Shown here: piece after piece, positions 1 through 9,915 of the stretch
Layout: the number at the start of each line of letters is the position of its first letter
Position numbering within the stretch: the first letter of the stretch is position 1
Assembly (NCBI GenBank): GCA_043825875.1
Contig: JBDRRF010000041.1
Location: 35,888-99,887 of the forward strand
Length of the DNA: 64,000 bases
Direction of reading: 5' to 3'
Source: Pseudomonadota bacterium
Lineage (GTDB): Bacteria > Desulfobacterota > Desulfobacteria > Desulfobacterales > RPRI01
Position numbers and translations under genes: made by a program
Notes under the pieces: model-generated
Databases searched by the model: none
Seen by the model: only the letters and a program-made list of their open reading frames with translations
Told to the model about the DNA's origin: nothing

Positions 1-64
1 TGATTTCATTTTGCAAGCAGTTAAAAAACCTCGACTGCGTCTTTTGATCTAAAAAGGAATCTTA

Positions 65-826
65 CTACATTCTTAAGCCACCATTGATACTGTAATCCTG
101 ACCTGTTATCCAATTGGCATCTTCAGAGGCCAGAAAAGCGACCATAGCTGCTATCTCCACCGGCTCTCCAAGCCTCCCTAATGGCACCGCAGATACATAT
201 TTGTCCTGGATACCCGAAAATTTAGCCATAGCCCTAGCAAGTGCCGGAGTATTAACCGGTCCCGGAGAAATACAATTGACAGTAATGCCATCTGCGGCCA
301 ATTCCAGGGCAATCGCCCTTGTGAACCCTGCTACTGCCGCCTTACATCCGGAATAAATAGAATGATAAGCAGTACCATGTTTGCCGGAATCCGATCCTAT
401 ATTGATGATCCTGCCTTTTTTCTGCTCAAGCATTTTGGGGATGACAGCTTTGCAGCACAAAAGGGTACCTATAAATAATATATCGGTTTCCGTTTTCCAT
501 GACACCAGATCAGTTTCATGAAAACGTTTAAAAGAGTAATCATCGGCCTGAGGACCGTGACAGTTGACCAGGATATCCACGCGACCGAATTTGGCAATGC
601 TCTTTTTAACCATCTCACTAACATCATTACTACTGGTTACATCAACTTTAATCGCCAGCGCTTTGCCGCCGGATTTATTTATTTTTTCTGCTCCTTTTTC
701 TGCTTCTTCTTTGTGCACATCCGTCAAAACAACACTGGCGCCTTCTGCAGCCAGCATTGTGGCAATGGCGAGTCCTATGCCCCCGGCCGCCCCTGTGATT
801 ATGGCTACTTTATTTTCAAGTCGCAT
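65..826 (-). CDS. SDR family oxidoreductase (FabG/BadH-like)
   Basis: TGAAGGIG Rossmann motif, YSGCK catalytic motif, NCISPGPVNT; the GSDSG...YSGCK region resembles 2-hydroxycyclohexanecarboxyl-CoA dehydrogenase-type SDRs. Confidence 0.9.
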   Translation of the reverse strand: MRLENKVAIITGAAGGIGLAIATMLAAEGASVVLTDVHKEEAEKGAEKINKSGGKALAIKVDVTSSNDVSEMVKKSIAKFGRVDILVNCHGPQADDYSFKRFHETDLVSWKTETDILFIGTLLCCKAVIPKMLEQKKGRIINIGSDSGKHGTAYHSIYSGCKAAVAGFTRAIALELAADGITVNCISPGPVNTPALARAMAKFSGIQDKYVSAVPLGRLGEPVEIAAMVAFLASEDANWITGQDYSINGGLRM

Positions 827-925
827 ATTTATTCTCCATTTTAGCTATTACCCCTAAAAGCGGCACTAATATTTCCAGTAGATTTTTAATCTCTTCATTT
901 ATCCCTATATAGTTAAAATGGTTTG

Positions 926-1999
926 CTAAGCAGCTGAAGGTGCTCCACTCTCCAAGCTCATAACAGTCCTGCCCCATTCAACATAGCTCAATATATCCGG
1001 GATTTGAACACTTCGCCCATCAGAAAGAACAACACTTCCGCTGGTTCTCGCATTGAGCCCATAACGCATGTTATAGCCTTTTTTATTTACTACGCAATAT
1101 ATCCCTCTTCCTCCGGAGCCCACAATCATGTCCACACCACCGCCCGTTGATTTCATATTAACATGCCAGCGCACCGGGACTTGCATACCTGTCTCAGGGT
1201 CTGTCCATAATTCCAGTTCATCCATGGTGATCTCATTATGGCTGAAGGGGATCTCCTGGTCATCCACATAAACGCGTCCATAACTGACCCCGGCTTTCGG
1301 CATGCAGAAAAGAAAAATCTGTACAGACCCGCTAAGGCACCATATATATGTATAAGGCTCCCGTATGAGTTCCATGTGATCATAGCTATGCCCAAAGGTC
1401 ATTTGGTCATGAATGCCATAAGCTTTTTCGAGTGTGTATACCTTGCCCTTTACTGTTATTGTGCCTTCGACCCAGCAACGCTGCTCATAACCGGCTCGGG
1501 TGGTTGTAGGTAAGTCGGGCCATAGCCCATAGCAACGGGAAGCATTGCCTATTCCGCCCAGAGTCAAATTACAATCCACTCCAAGATGTTCGCCTTTAGC
1601 CTCCCAATAGGGTGGTCTGGAGATGAACTGTCGGTTGCCGGCCTTCCAGATTATATGGTCAGGTTTTTGAATAATTTGAACTTTGCCTGTCCATTCAGAG
1701 GCATCCAGGCGGTTGCCAACAAAGAAACTATCGTGCATCCTGCCCTGTTTATCCTGGGGAACCATCACTAAAGTAGTCTGGTTCATCATAGCGTCATCGG
1801 CCTTCCATTTCCCGTTCCGCCCTCCTCCGACATGCCACGCGCCAACACCCAAAGCAATGTCATAACCTTCTGACTCTCCCATTACCAGGACACCGTTAAG
1901 CTCCATGAAGTCACTTCCCTGATCCTTAGGCAATTCGGCCACATGACTCAGGTCTTCGCTCAGTTGCACATCGCTCGTTGCTTCTCTTTTTTCCGCCAT
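926..1999 (-). CDS. Uncharacterised beta-rich protein, probable CrtC/AttH (lipocalin-like) fold; paralogue 1 of 3
   Basis: ATG at 1999 with GGAG RBS. Shares RPPYWE.KGEH.G, GYEQ, W.DP.TGMQ.P.RW and YVEWG motifs with 43455-44513 and 62716-63792. Confidence 0.7.
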   Translation of the reverse strand: MAEKREATSDVQLSEDLSHVAELPKDQGSDFMELNGVLVMGESEGYDIALGVGAWHVGGGRNGKWKADDAMMNQTTLVMVPQDKQGRMHDSFFVGNRLDASEWTGKVQIIQKPDHIIWKAGNRQFISRPPYWEAKGEHLGVDCNLTLGGIGNASRCYGLWPDLPTTTRAGYEQRCWVEGTITVKGKVYTLEKAYGIHDQMTFGHSYDHMELIREPYTYIWCLSGSVQIFLFCMPKAGVSYGRVYVDDQEIPFSHNEITMDELELWTDPETGMQVPVRWHVNMKSTGGGVDMIVGSGGRGIYCVVNKKGYNMRYGLNARTSGSVVLSDGRSVQIPDILSYVEWGRTVMSLESGAPSAA

Positions 2000-2100
2000 T
2001 GTTAAGCACTCCTTTTGAATAAAAATATTTAGCAAAAAACTAATTGCAGATAGTTGTAGCTCATCTCTGATGAAAGAGGTTTCCCAATGTATTTAAGAAG

Positions 2101-2130
2101 TATAAGTCTTAAGATTAACTTTGACTTATA
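2101..2130. promoter_or_regulatory. Inverted repeat, candidate operator
   Basis: TATAAGTC-N14-GACTTATA about 100 bp upstream of the 1999 start. Confidence 0.3.
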
Positions 2131-2413
2131 TTTTTTTTATAGTTTTGTATTTGAGGGTGATGCATAGTTGCTATGGATCATAAGCTTAGATCGGGATTGT
2201 ATGGTTATATCTATTGCTTGCTATCATAGGGGTAGCACAGATTTTCTTATCAACAGAATTTACATGCAATGCCCTATGAACTGGATAGTTGAGCATCTCC
2301 TCCGTAAACCGGGTTGCCTTGTAAACCTTGTCTCTCAAAGTATTATTGCCGGAGCGAGGTGTCCGGCAATAATAACTAAATAACGATTTTACTATATTGC
2401 TATTGGCCTGCTT

Positions 2414-3433
2414 TTACTTCTGTTGGACATTAGGCAAATAGCCCATAAGCTTTACCTGGTCGCCCTCGGTTATGATGGTCATCGAACGTGCGCCAACAAT
2501 GATTGCTTTTTTATCACCCAGAAACTCAAGTCCGCTGAACCAGGCAAGTTTTATATCAATAGAGGTTTCCATTTGCTGCCAGGTTTTTCCACCGTCTTGG
2601 CTAGTCATAATCGCCCCACGGTCTCCTGCTGCAATGCAAAAATCACCCTGCGCTCTAACTTCATAAAACGTTGGCAACTCCCCTTTATCATCAGGTGCTA
2701 TGGTTATTGTTTTCCAGGTTATGCCGCCGTCTTCCGTCCTTAGCACAGTGCCGCCCAAACCTACCACAACCCCTTGCGTCTTCGAAGAAAAAGATATCCC
2801 GAACAAAGTGTTTTCAGTTCCGGACTCCTGAAGACTCCAGGTTTTACCTCCATCCTTAGTGTACAATATTGTGCCGAACTCTCCGGCCACCCAACCCTCT
2901 TCTTCATCATTAAAGACCATGCTGTAAAAAATAACATCCTTTGGATATGTATTGTTCACCCAGGTCTTTCCGCCGTCTTCCGTATAAAAAATTGTTCCCC
3001 AATCGCCTGTGGCTACACATTTCTCCGGGCTCAGGGCTTTTGCCGTAAACAGGTGCTTTCTTTCAGGTGCAGTCTGCTTGTTCCAGGTCTTACCGCCATC
3101 AGTTGTATGAAGAATAGTACTGCCTTTCCCTACAATCCATCCCACCTTGGGATTACAAAAGGAAACGGATAAAAGCATCATTTTCGTACCGGCATCCTGA
3201 TCCTCCCAGTTCAAACCTCCGTCTAAGGTATGCTGGATATTTCCCCGAGCGCCCACAGCCCAACCTTCTTTCTCATTTACAAAACATAATGAATACATGC
3301 TATCCTTGAACCTTTGTTTTGCGGACGAAGCAAAAGAAAGGCCGCTTTGAAATATGAATAATGCAGACAGCAATACCAGGATAATAAGTTGGGTACTTTT
3401 CCATTTCATCTTATTTTCAATCCCTATCTTCAT
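2414..3433 (-). CDS. YCF48/BNR (Asp-box) beta-propeller periplasmic protein
   Basis: Signal peptide and repeated T.DGG.TW Asp-box motifs; lies next to an RND gene. Confidence 0.9.
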   Translation of the reverse strand: MKIGIENKMKWKSTQLIILVLLSALFIFQSGLSFASSAKQRFKDSMYSLCFVNEKEGWAVGARGNIQHTLDGGLNWEDQDAGTKMMLLSVSFCNPKVGWIVGKGSTILHTTDGGKTWNKQTAPERKHLFTAKALSPEKCVATGDWGTIFYTEDGGKTWVNNTYPKDVIFYSMVFNDEEEGWVAGEFGTILYTKDGGKTWSLQESGTENTLFGISFSSKTQGVVVGLGGTVLRTEDGGITWKTITIAPDDKGELPTFYEVRAQGDFCIAAGDRGAIMTSQDGGKTWQQMETSIDIKLAWFSGLEFLGDKKAIIVGARSMTIITEGDQVKLMGYLPNVQQK

Positions 3434-3475
3434 AGATTTTGTTCCTCTCTGTGATTACGTATTTGATCCTGTGCT

Positions 3476-3516
3476 GTTACCGGGGTAATAAAGATTAAAA
3501 TCTGTACCCCGGCAAC
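3476..3516 (-). other. Intergenic stem-loop between the RND and YCF48 genes
   Basis: GTTACCGGGGTA...TACCCCGGCAAC inverted repeat. Confidence 0.4.
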
Positions 3517-3543
3517 GCAATGCAATGGCAATCTGTTCTGATA

Positions 3544-5955
3544 TCAGGCCCTGTACTTGGGCAATATTTTGTCCGGACCTATAATTGATACCAGAGCCGG
3601 CAGTACCGTCAGCGCCCCCACCATATTGGCAACCAGCAGGAAGGCTAATAGTATTGCCATCTCGGCCTGAAATTTGAAATCGGCGAATACAAAGAAAATA
3701 ACAGAAATAACCAGGGTTAAGGACGTAAAAATGATCGCCTTACCTGTTGAAGTAATCGCCATGTAACGGGCTTTTCTGTAATCACCGTAGCTGAACTGGT
3801 ATTCTTCCGACAGGCGGCTCAAAATATAGATGCCGTAGTCCACACCTATTCCCACACCTACCGAAGCCACAGGCAGGGAATTAATGTTTAAGTCAATCCC
3901 CAGCCCAAGCATCAAAAGATCACTTAAAACCTGCGATACAACAAGAGGGATAAACAAGACCAGCGCACCCCAGAATGTCCGATAGGCAATTGTGCAAAAC
4001 AGGAATGTAACGCTAAAAATGAGCGAGATATTTATCCAGTAAGACCATTCCACCTCCTCATTAACAGCGGCTAAAATTCCAAGAATGCCTCCGGCCAAAC
4101 GGAATTTTATATGCTCGGACGGATTATCATTGATATATGTCTTGAGAGTCGATATGGCTTTGGTAATAACTTCATTATTGTAATCGGCGAAGTAAAGGGT
4201 TACGGCCGCATTCTTTTTATCTCCGGAAATGAAGCGATCCATGCTTCCGCCGGTTGATGATCCTGCTACCAATCCTAATACACTTGCGACATCGTATTTT
4301 TTTTCGGGTAACATGGCCCACTTGGGATGACCGTCGTGATAACTCCTAAAAACTTGTTTTAACATGTCGCTGATCGTAACGGCCCCTCCAACTTGGGGTA
4401 TTTCGTTGGTAGCATAAATGCCCATCTCATCAATAAGCCTGATGGTGTCAGCGTTAGCAATCGCTCCTTCCTTATCGCCTTCAGCTACAACAACCATCTG
4501 ACTGGAACCGATGAAATCACTGTTAGCCTTTTCAGCAGCAATATTATAGGGATGATCAGAATAAAGGATTGCCTTACCGGCGCTGGTATCTCCTACTTTC
4601 AAATGTTTTTGCGTTATATAACCGCCACCTAAGATAACTATAATAACTACAGCCAGGACAATCCACTTCCGAAACCCCTGAGTCAGGGAGATAAGAAACT
4701 CACCAATCTTTATGTATATCTTATCACCGGGACGCATTGTGATCTCTCTTAGTTTCTCACGCGCCGTTTCCTTGTCCAGACCTGCAAGCTCTCCCTTCTT
4801 TAAATGCTTGGCCCGAGGCGGCGGCAGGAGTGAAACCAGAACAGGATGCATAACTATCGAGCTGACATAGATCGAGATAATCCAGAAACTACCGTAGAAG
4901 GCCAGATTCCGCATCAAAGGGATGCTGGCTACGGCAATGGTGAGTACCCCCAGACCATCGGTGACAAGTCCCAGAATACCGGGCTTGTAAAGATAGCCGT
5001 AAGCGCTGATGATGGCCTGCTTCTGCTCCCCGATAGCGGCGTATTCCTCATGATAGCGTTCCATGGACTGGACCGAGTGGCTCAAGGCTCTTGCCGATAA
5101 AAGCAGCGGTATTACCAGAACCAATGGGTCAACGTTGATTCCAAGCGCTGCCGCAAAACCCAGGCCCCAAATAGCGCTGACCAATGCTGAAATAACGGGT
5201 ATGAATATGCCCATGAAGCTTCTAAAATACCACCACAGCATGATGAGCATTACTATCGCTGTTACGATGAAAACATTATAAAGCTGAGGGACATAGTGGG
5301 CTATCCAGGCATAAAGCATAGGATAGCCTGTAATATACAGGGTGTGATTCTCATCTTCTACTTCAGACTTGATCTTTTGCATCTCATTGAATAGATTATT
5401 CAGGTCCAGGCCTTCTTCCCAGAACCCGGCGGCAATCAATGATGCTTTATCATCCATGCTGACATATACGCCACGGACTCCTTCATTGCTATAAACTATT
5501 TCCTTTAATTTTAAAAGATCTTCCTTAGACTCGGGTATAGCTCTTACTATTGGATTAGACCTGAGGCCATCATTACCCACACCGAAATTTTTCAACCGTG
5601 GATGAGTAAGAGATATAATCTGTAAATTATCCACCCCTTCTACGGTCATTACAAATTTTGTAATTTTATCAATCTTTTTGATGGTTTTGGTATTATATAT
5701 ATCCCCATCTTTTACCTCGAGAATTATACTCATCAAATTCGCGGTACCAAACATTGTGCGGTATTCCTTGTAAAGCTGGATGTACTCATGTTTGGGAGGG
5801 TAAAGATCGAAAAAATCGGTATGGATTCTCAGGCTGAAGCACTTATAGCCGAAAAATAGGGTGCCAATAATGATTAAGGTTAACATCAGAATCGGATGGC
5901 CCACATGATATTCGACCAATTTCAACCAAATTGTCTTATTGCCCTTATTTGTCAT
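3544..5955 (-). CDS. RND/MMPL-family transporter permease
   Basis: About 800 aa, two halves each with a large periplasmic loop and TM bundle, GIGVDYGIY motif, GAGGA RBS. Confidence 0.92.
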   Translation of the reverse strand: MTNKGNKTIWLKLVEYHVGHPILMLTLIIIGTLFFGYKCFSLRIHTDFFDLYPPKHEYIQLYKEYRTMFGTANLMSIILEVKDGDIYNTKTIKKIDKITKFVMTVEGVDNLQIISLTHPRLKNFGVGNDGLRSNPIVRAIPESKEDLLKLKEIVYSNEGVRGVYVSMDDKASLIAAGFWEEGLDLNNLFNEMQKIKSEVEDENHTLYITGYPMLYAWIAHYVPQLYNVFIVTAIVMLIMLWWYFRSFMGIFIPVISALVSAIWGLGFAAALGINVDPLVLVIPLLLSARALSHSVQSMERYHEEYAAIGEQKQAIISAYGYLYKPGILGLVTDGLGVLTIAVASIPLMRNLAFYGSFWIISIYVSSIVMHPVLVSLLPPPRAKHLKKGELAGLDKETAREKLREITMRPGDKIYIKIGEFLISLTQGFRKWIVLAVVIIVILGGGYITQKHLKVGDTSAGKAILYSDHPYNIAAEKANSDFIGSSQMVVVAEGDKEGAIANADTIRLIDEMGIYATNEIPQVGGAVTISDMLKQVFRSYHDGHPKWAMLPEKKYDVASVLGLVAGSSTGGSMDRFISGDKKNAAVTLYFADYNNEVITKAISTLKTYINDNPSEHIKFRLAGGILGILAAVNEEVEWSYWINISLIFSVTFLFCTIAYRTFWGALVLFIPLVVSQVLSDLLMLGLGIDLNINSLPVASVGVGIGVDYGIYILSRLSEEYQFSYGDYRKARYMAITSTGKAIIFTSLTLVISVIFFVFADFKFQAEMAILLAFLLVANMVGALTVLPALVSIIGPDKILPKYRA

Positions 5956-6188
5956 CAATCATTCCTCACAAAAATTATTGTTATCTTCACCAAGGATAGC
6001 CATGAAGCTTAGGCGAACTTAATCCCAGAAAAACAACCATATACTTTATCGATATGCAGATCTGTACATCCCACCGGGGATTATAGCTAAATCCAGACGA
6101 AGGTCAAAATAGGGTTACTCTTACCTAACTGAATTCATACCTACACAAAACAATAAATGTAATTTACTAAAACTTCTTAAAAAAGTTT

Positions 6189-6241
6189 GGGGGCCTCTTA
6201 TATGCCTGGGTTTAAAACCCGGAGGTATGAAATCGGCCCCC
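6189..6241 (-). other. Conserved intergenic stem-loop (DUF1329 to RND), copy 1
   Basis: GGGGGCC...GGCCCCC stem; an equivalent structure lies at 25481-25531. Confidence 0.5.
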
Positions 6242-6291
6242 GCAATAGCCTATCGTTAATCCGTTCAGTTAAACATTGATTAACGGCCCTT

Positions 6292-7623
6292 CTATTTGGA
6301 CATGCGCATTATGTATTCTTTGTTGAATATTTTTGGCGACAATCTGGAAAGAGGCATAAACATGGAGCTATTTTCCTTATTCACAAAGTCGTTTTGGACC
6401 CATCCGGAAGTAGCATGGCGCGCCTTCTCGTCAATTGTCATCTGAATATCACGTATCCCTACGTTGTCCCGCCCCGATGGCGTTACGGTCTTGGTATATA
6501 CGGCGACACTCCAGGTACGGAAGGCCCCCGTCTTGTCGTGTATTTCCTTCATGAAGATAACGTCGGTTTCCTTATCCATGTAATTGATATGCAAGCCCCA
6601 GGCATAATAGGGATCTTTAGGCATCTGCTCCATCACAATGACTCTCCTTGGTACCCAGACTATATTGAGCAGAGCCCATTTGGCGCCTTTCCAGTTAGGA
6701 TCCTGAAAACCGATCTTGATGGGGGCGTAATTAAAGTGATAGGTGCCGTCCGGATCTTCCGTGGTGTGGCGTAAATCGACTTGTGAAAATGGGCAGAGTA
6801 TTGTCTTTTCTCCCACAACCTTCCAGTCCATCCATGTGTTTTTCCCGTCCCACATAAAACCCAGATCCTGCCAGGCGTCAGAGCCGAAATATGGGTCGGA
6901 ACGTACAACACCGGATGACTGCCGTACCCGGCGTATAGATGGAACATAAGCATAAGTGGTTACATCACCATCATCCATATAATCAAAGATTAACTGATTT
7001 ATTCCAAACATATCAAAAGGTTCCATATTTAAAGAGATTGACATTTTGATATAATTGTTGGGGTTGTTGGTAATTTCCTGTCCCGGCGGACGGCCTGTCA
7101 TCATAAGCTCGAAACTATTGGTCCATATATACCTGTGTTCACCTTGTTTATCATCTATCCAGGTAACCTTGTTCTGATAATGTTCACCCTGAATACGATA
7201 TTTATTCCATTGGAAATTATACATGATCTTGTCGGCATACTTGGGATCTTTGGGATCAAGATGGGGGAAGGGCCGGCCATAGATATTGTAAAATGGAATT
7301 TTCCCCGTCTTCTTATCTATTAAATGCCCAGTGGCATCGACTTCGAATTTTCCGGCGTTTTTCTCACTGGCTTCCAGGAATTTATCATCATACTTATACT
7401 CATAATTCAATTTAGGTGCAGTATGCAGGACGAAATCGCCCCTTTCAACAGCACGGTACAGAGCCGGAACCAGAAGGTCTTTGTATTGGGCGCAGTTGCT
7501 CTTGTCGATTACCTTAGCGAGTTCTTCGGCAGCAGACATAGAAACGCCACCTAAAAACATTATCAATGCCAGAAACAACGGCAATATGAAAAATTTTGTG
7601 CAACTTATTGTTTTTTTTCTCAC
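6292..7623 (-). CDS. DUF1329 domain periplasmic protein (LolA-like)
   Basis: GTG start at 7623 with AGGAGG RBS, signal peptide, AYVPSIRRVR...RSDPYFGSD and PKDPYYAW motifs; sits between DUF1302 and RND genes. Confidence 0.85.
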   Translation of the reverse strand: MRKKTISCTKFFILPLFLALIMFLGGVSMSAAEELAKVIDKSNCAQYKDLLVPALYRAVERGDFVLHTAPKLNYEYKYDDKFLEASEKNAGKFEVDATGHLIDKKTGKIPFYNIYGRPFPHLDPKDPKYADKIMYNFQWNKYRIQGEHYQNKVTWIDDKQGEHRYIWTNSFELMMTGRPPGQEITNNPNNYIKMSISLNMEPFDMFGINQLIFDYMDDGDVTTYAYVPSIRRVRQSSGVVRSDPYFGSDAWQDLGFMWDGKNTWMDWKVVGEKTILCPFSQVDLRHTTEDPDGTYHFNYAPIKIGFQDPNWKGAKWALLNIVWVPRRVIVMEQMPKDPYYAWGLHINYMDKETDVIFMKEIHDKTGAFRTWSVAVYTKTVTPSGRDNVGIRDIQMTIDEKARHATSGWVQNDFVNKENSSMFMPLSRLSPKIFNKEYIMRMSK

Positions 7624-7690
7624 TTTTTCCTCCTTTATAGCTTTCCCTTTTATAGAAGAACTTGCTGAATAATTTTCCATAATTTCATCA

Positions 7691-9163
7691 TTACCAGCTA
7701 TAACCAACTTTTGCGGTAAGTTCGCTTGTAGGAACAAATCCAGAATAGCCTGACCTGGCCGTCTTGTCTCCCAGGAAGGCCTGCAGAGCAAAGTTAACAT
7801 AAAGATTGCCGTTTATCTGCCAGTTTAAAATAGGATGAATCATCCAGGATGCTCCTCCTGCTCCTTTCCGTCCGGGGGCGTAGTTCATAACAATCATAGG
7901 AGCAATCCTGCCTTCGTACCAGCTCCACCCAATGTTAAGACCGAAGACATCGTAATCCTTTAGCTTGTAAGTACCAGGTTTTTCGAGAAGAGCCTTATCC
8001 CATTCATTGATTCTCTCGTGTGCCCACTCAAAGCCGAAGCTTGTTCTCTCATGATCGGTGATAAAGGGGACCATAATCTTCTTGTCAAGATACATTGCCC
8101 ACCTGGTAGTTGGCTTGTAGGCAAAGGTTTCTAAACCTCCGGTTATTTCTTTGCTGGCTCCAAAGCCATTGCGTGCGATTGGATCTGCTGAATGATGGCC
8201 AAACTCACCCCTGACAACAAGGTCAATAGGCGTAACATTATAACTGAAATACATGCCGTAAACATGCTGTATATTGTGGGTCATATACGCAGCCATGTCA
8301 GAAAAACGTAACACGGTGCCGGCATCATTGTTTACATCCCTGAAATAAGCAAAGGAAATACTTAACCTCTCAAAGTCAGCAGTTAACTTCGCACCGTACT
8401 CACTTTCATTCGTAGGTACTTTCTGTTGGACGTTAAACGCTTTTAAGCCGCCAAACAGAATACTTACATAAGGAGCGTTCTGATTACTGTCAATCGGCCC
8501 GAATTGTGCCGGGCGGATGTCGGGAACCCAGAGAAAATCAAAATTAAGGGCCAAACCTTTCATAGCCGGAACGCTGTAATTTAAACGGGTCATATATAAA
8601 GGTATTTTTACATCATCAGGATTTTGGAAAAACAACTGATAGGAATTATCCTTGGGATTGATAACATCCACAATAGTTGTGGTGCCACCCGCCTCGCCCC
8701 AGGACACAAGCTGCCTGCCAGGCCTCAAGAAAGCACTGCCCAAAGCCCCGCTATATACAAAATCAACAAAAGCCTCACGTAAATCTTTCTCAAATTTGAC
8801 ATCATCCTTGCCGTAGTCAAAGCGCGTCAGTCCTCTATTTTGAACAATGTCATGATATTCATTCCCACGTAAATCGTATATCGAGTCATAAGCCCCGCGA
8901 AAGGTCAAATGAACCTTAGAAACTGAGAAAGGTCCAGCCTCCATACTGTCAGGATAAATGTCAATATCGAATTTTAAGGTATTTCTCTGCTGAACCCCTT
9001 CTACCTGGTCGAAAAAACCGTTCTGGATACCTGTTGTATCACGCAGAACAAAGTTAGATTCGAAATAACCATGAAAGCTAGTTTCCGCCATTACCTCTGC
9101 TGAAAACATCAGTAAAATGGACGCTATTGCAACAAAGTATAAAAATCTTCTTTTCCTAGGCAT
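7691..9163 (-). CDS. DUF1302 family outer-membrane beta-barrel protein
   Basis: Signal peptide, LREAFVD, GRQLVSWGE and DVINPKD motifs, C-terminal aromatic (YSW). Confidence 0.85.
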   Translation of the reverse strand: MPRKRRFLYFVAIASILLMFSAEVMAETSFHGYFESNFVLRDTTGIQNGFFDQVEGVQQRNTLKFDIDIYPDSMEAGPFSVSKVHLTFRGAYDSIYDLRGNEYHDIVQNRGLTRFDYGKDDVKFEKDLREAFVDFVYSGALGSAFLRPGRQLVSWGEAGGTTTIVDVINPKDNSYQLFFQNPDDVKIPLYMTRLNYSVPAMKGLALNFDFLWVPDIRPAQFGPIDSNQNAPYVSILFGGLKAFNVQQKVPTNESEYGAKLTADFERLSISFAYFRDVNNDAGTVLRFSDMAAYMTHNIQHVYGMYFSYNVTPIDLVVRGEFGHHSADPIARNGFGASKEITGGLETFAYKPTTRWAMYLDKKIMVPFITDHERTSFGFEWAHERINEWDKALLEKPGTYKLKDYDVFGLNIGWSWYEGRIAPMIVMNYAPGRKGAGGASWMIHPILNWQINGNLYVNFALQAFLGDKTARSGYSGFVPTSELTAKVGYSW

Positions 9164-9440
9164 TTAAATTGCCCTCCTTTTCTGTAAGTAATGTTCAAAA
9201 TAACAAGCTTACAAACTTTAACCCCATTTACTCTCTATGCTTTTTTCGGTCTTATAAGTTGCCCTCCTTCCTTGTTGTATGATGTGTTCCAAATAATTAA
9301 CCCCCTTCTATGCAGCATAGCCAAAGTGAATATACTCTTTGGCCTTAAAAGGCTTTAAATCTTGAGCTCTTTATAAATCTGTGATCACAAACTTGTCTCA
9401 GCATTAAGTGCTATATGCAGGGGCAACTCGAGAAGGAAGT

Positions 9441-9830
9441 AAATTAATCAGATATACCGTTATATAAGTACCGATTGAGTTTATAATGCTATAAAGATCG
9501 TGCTATTCGAATTATATTGTAATATTAATTATTAACTATGCAAAATAAAGCAATATGTTATCAATATTTGATAATGATATCGCAATATATTAAAAAAGAA
9601 TCGTAGAGAGAACAGAGCTAAAATAATAATAAAAATTCTTGTAGTAGTTATAAGTGATAGATGAAGACAAATTAATCAGATAGTGTCGGTTAAGTTTATA
9701 ATACTATACGCAAAGACTGTGCTATTTAAATTATATTGTAAAAGAAATTATTAAGTATGCAACATAAAAAATATATTAAAAAATAATCTTGGAGAGAATA
9801 GAGCTAAAAGGTAGAACAGAACTAAAATAT
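9441..9830. repeat. Imperfect direct duplication in an AT-rich intergenic region
   Basis: AAATTAATCAGATA...TTTATAAT.CTATA...TGCTATT..AATTATATTGTAA...ATTATTAA.TATGCAA...GAGAGAA.AGAGCTAAAA occurs at about 9441-9625 and again at about 9669-9810. Confidence 0.7.
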
Positions 9831-9915
9831 TAATATATTTTCAAATCATTGTAAAGTTTATTGTATGCCCGATTGCATATGATCAAAACCACCGGATTCA
9901 TGTGGTGATTTACTT

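Noticed and set aside
2170..2181. 12-mer GCTATGGATCAT shared with about 58993
   Set aside because: A match of this length is expected by chance in 64 kb and has no further support
2414..3433. Repeated CCGCCGTCTTCCGT-like DNA motifs as CRISPR or tandem repeats; YCF48 as a photosynthesis gene
   Set aside because: The repeats are Asp-box codons inside a beta-propeller gene, and there are no cas or photosystem genes
7624..7800. Long N-terminal extensions in the ORF track (also 21843-22049, 39038-39142, 43447-43497, 26917-26988)
   Set aside because: Most overlap upstream genes; downstream starts have a better RBS or match the paralogue and family N-termini
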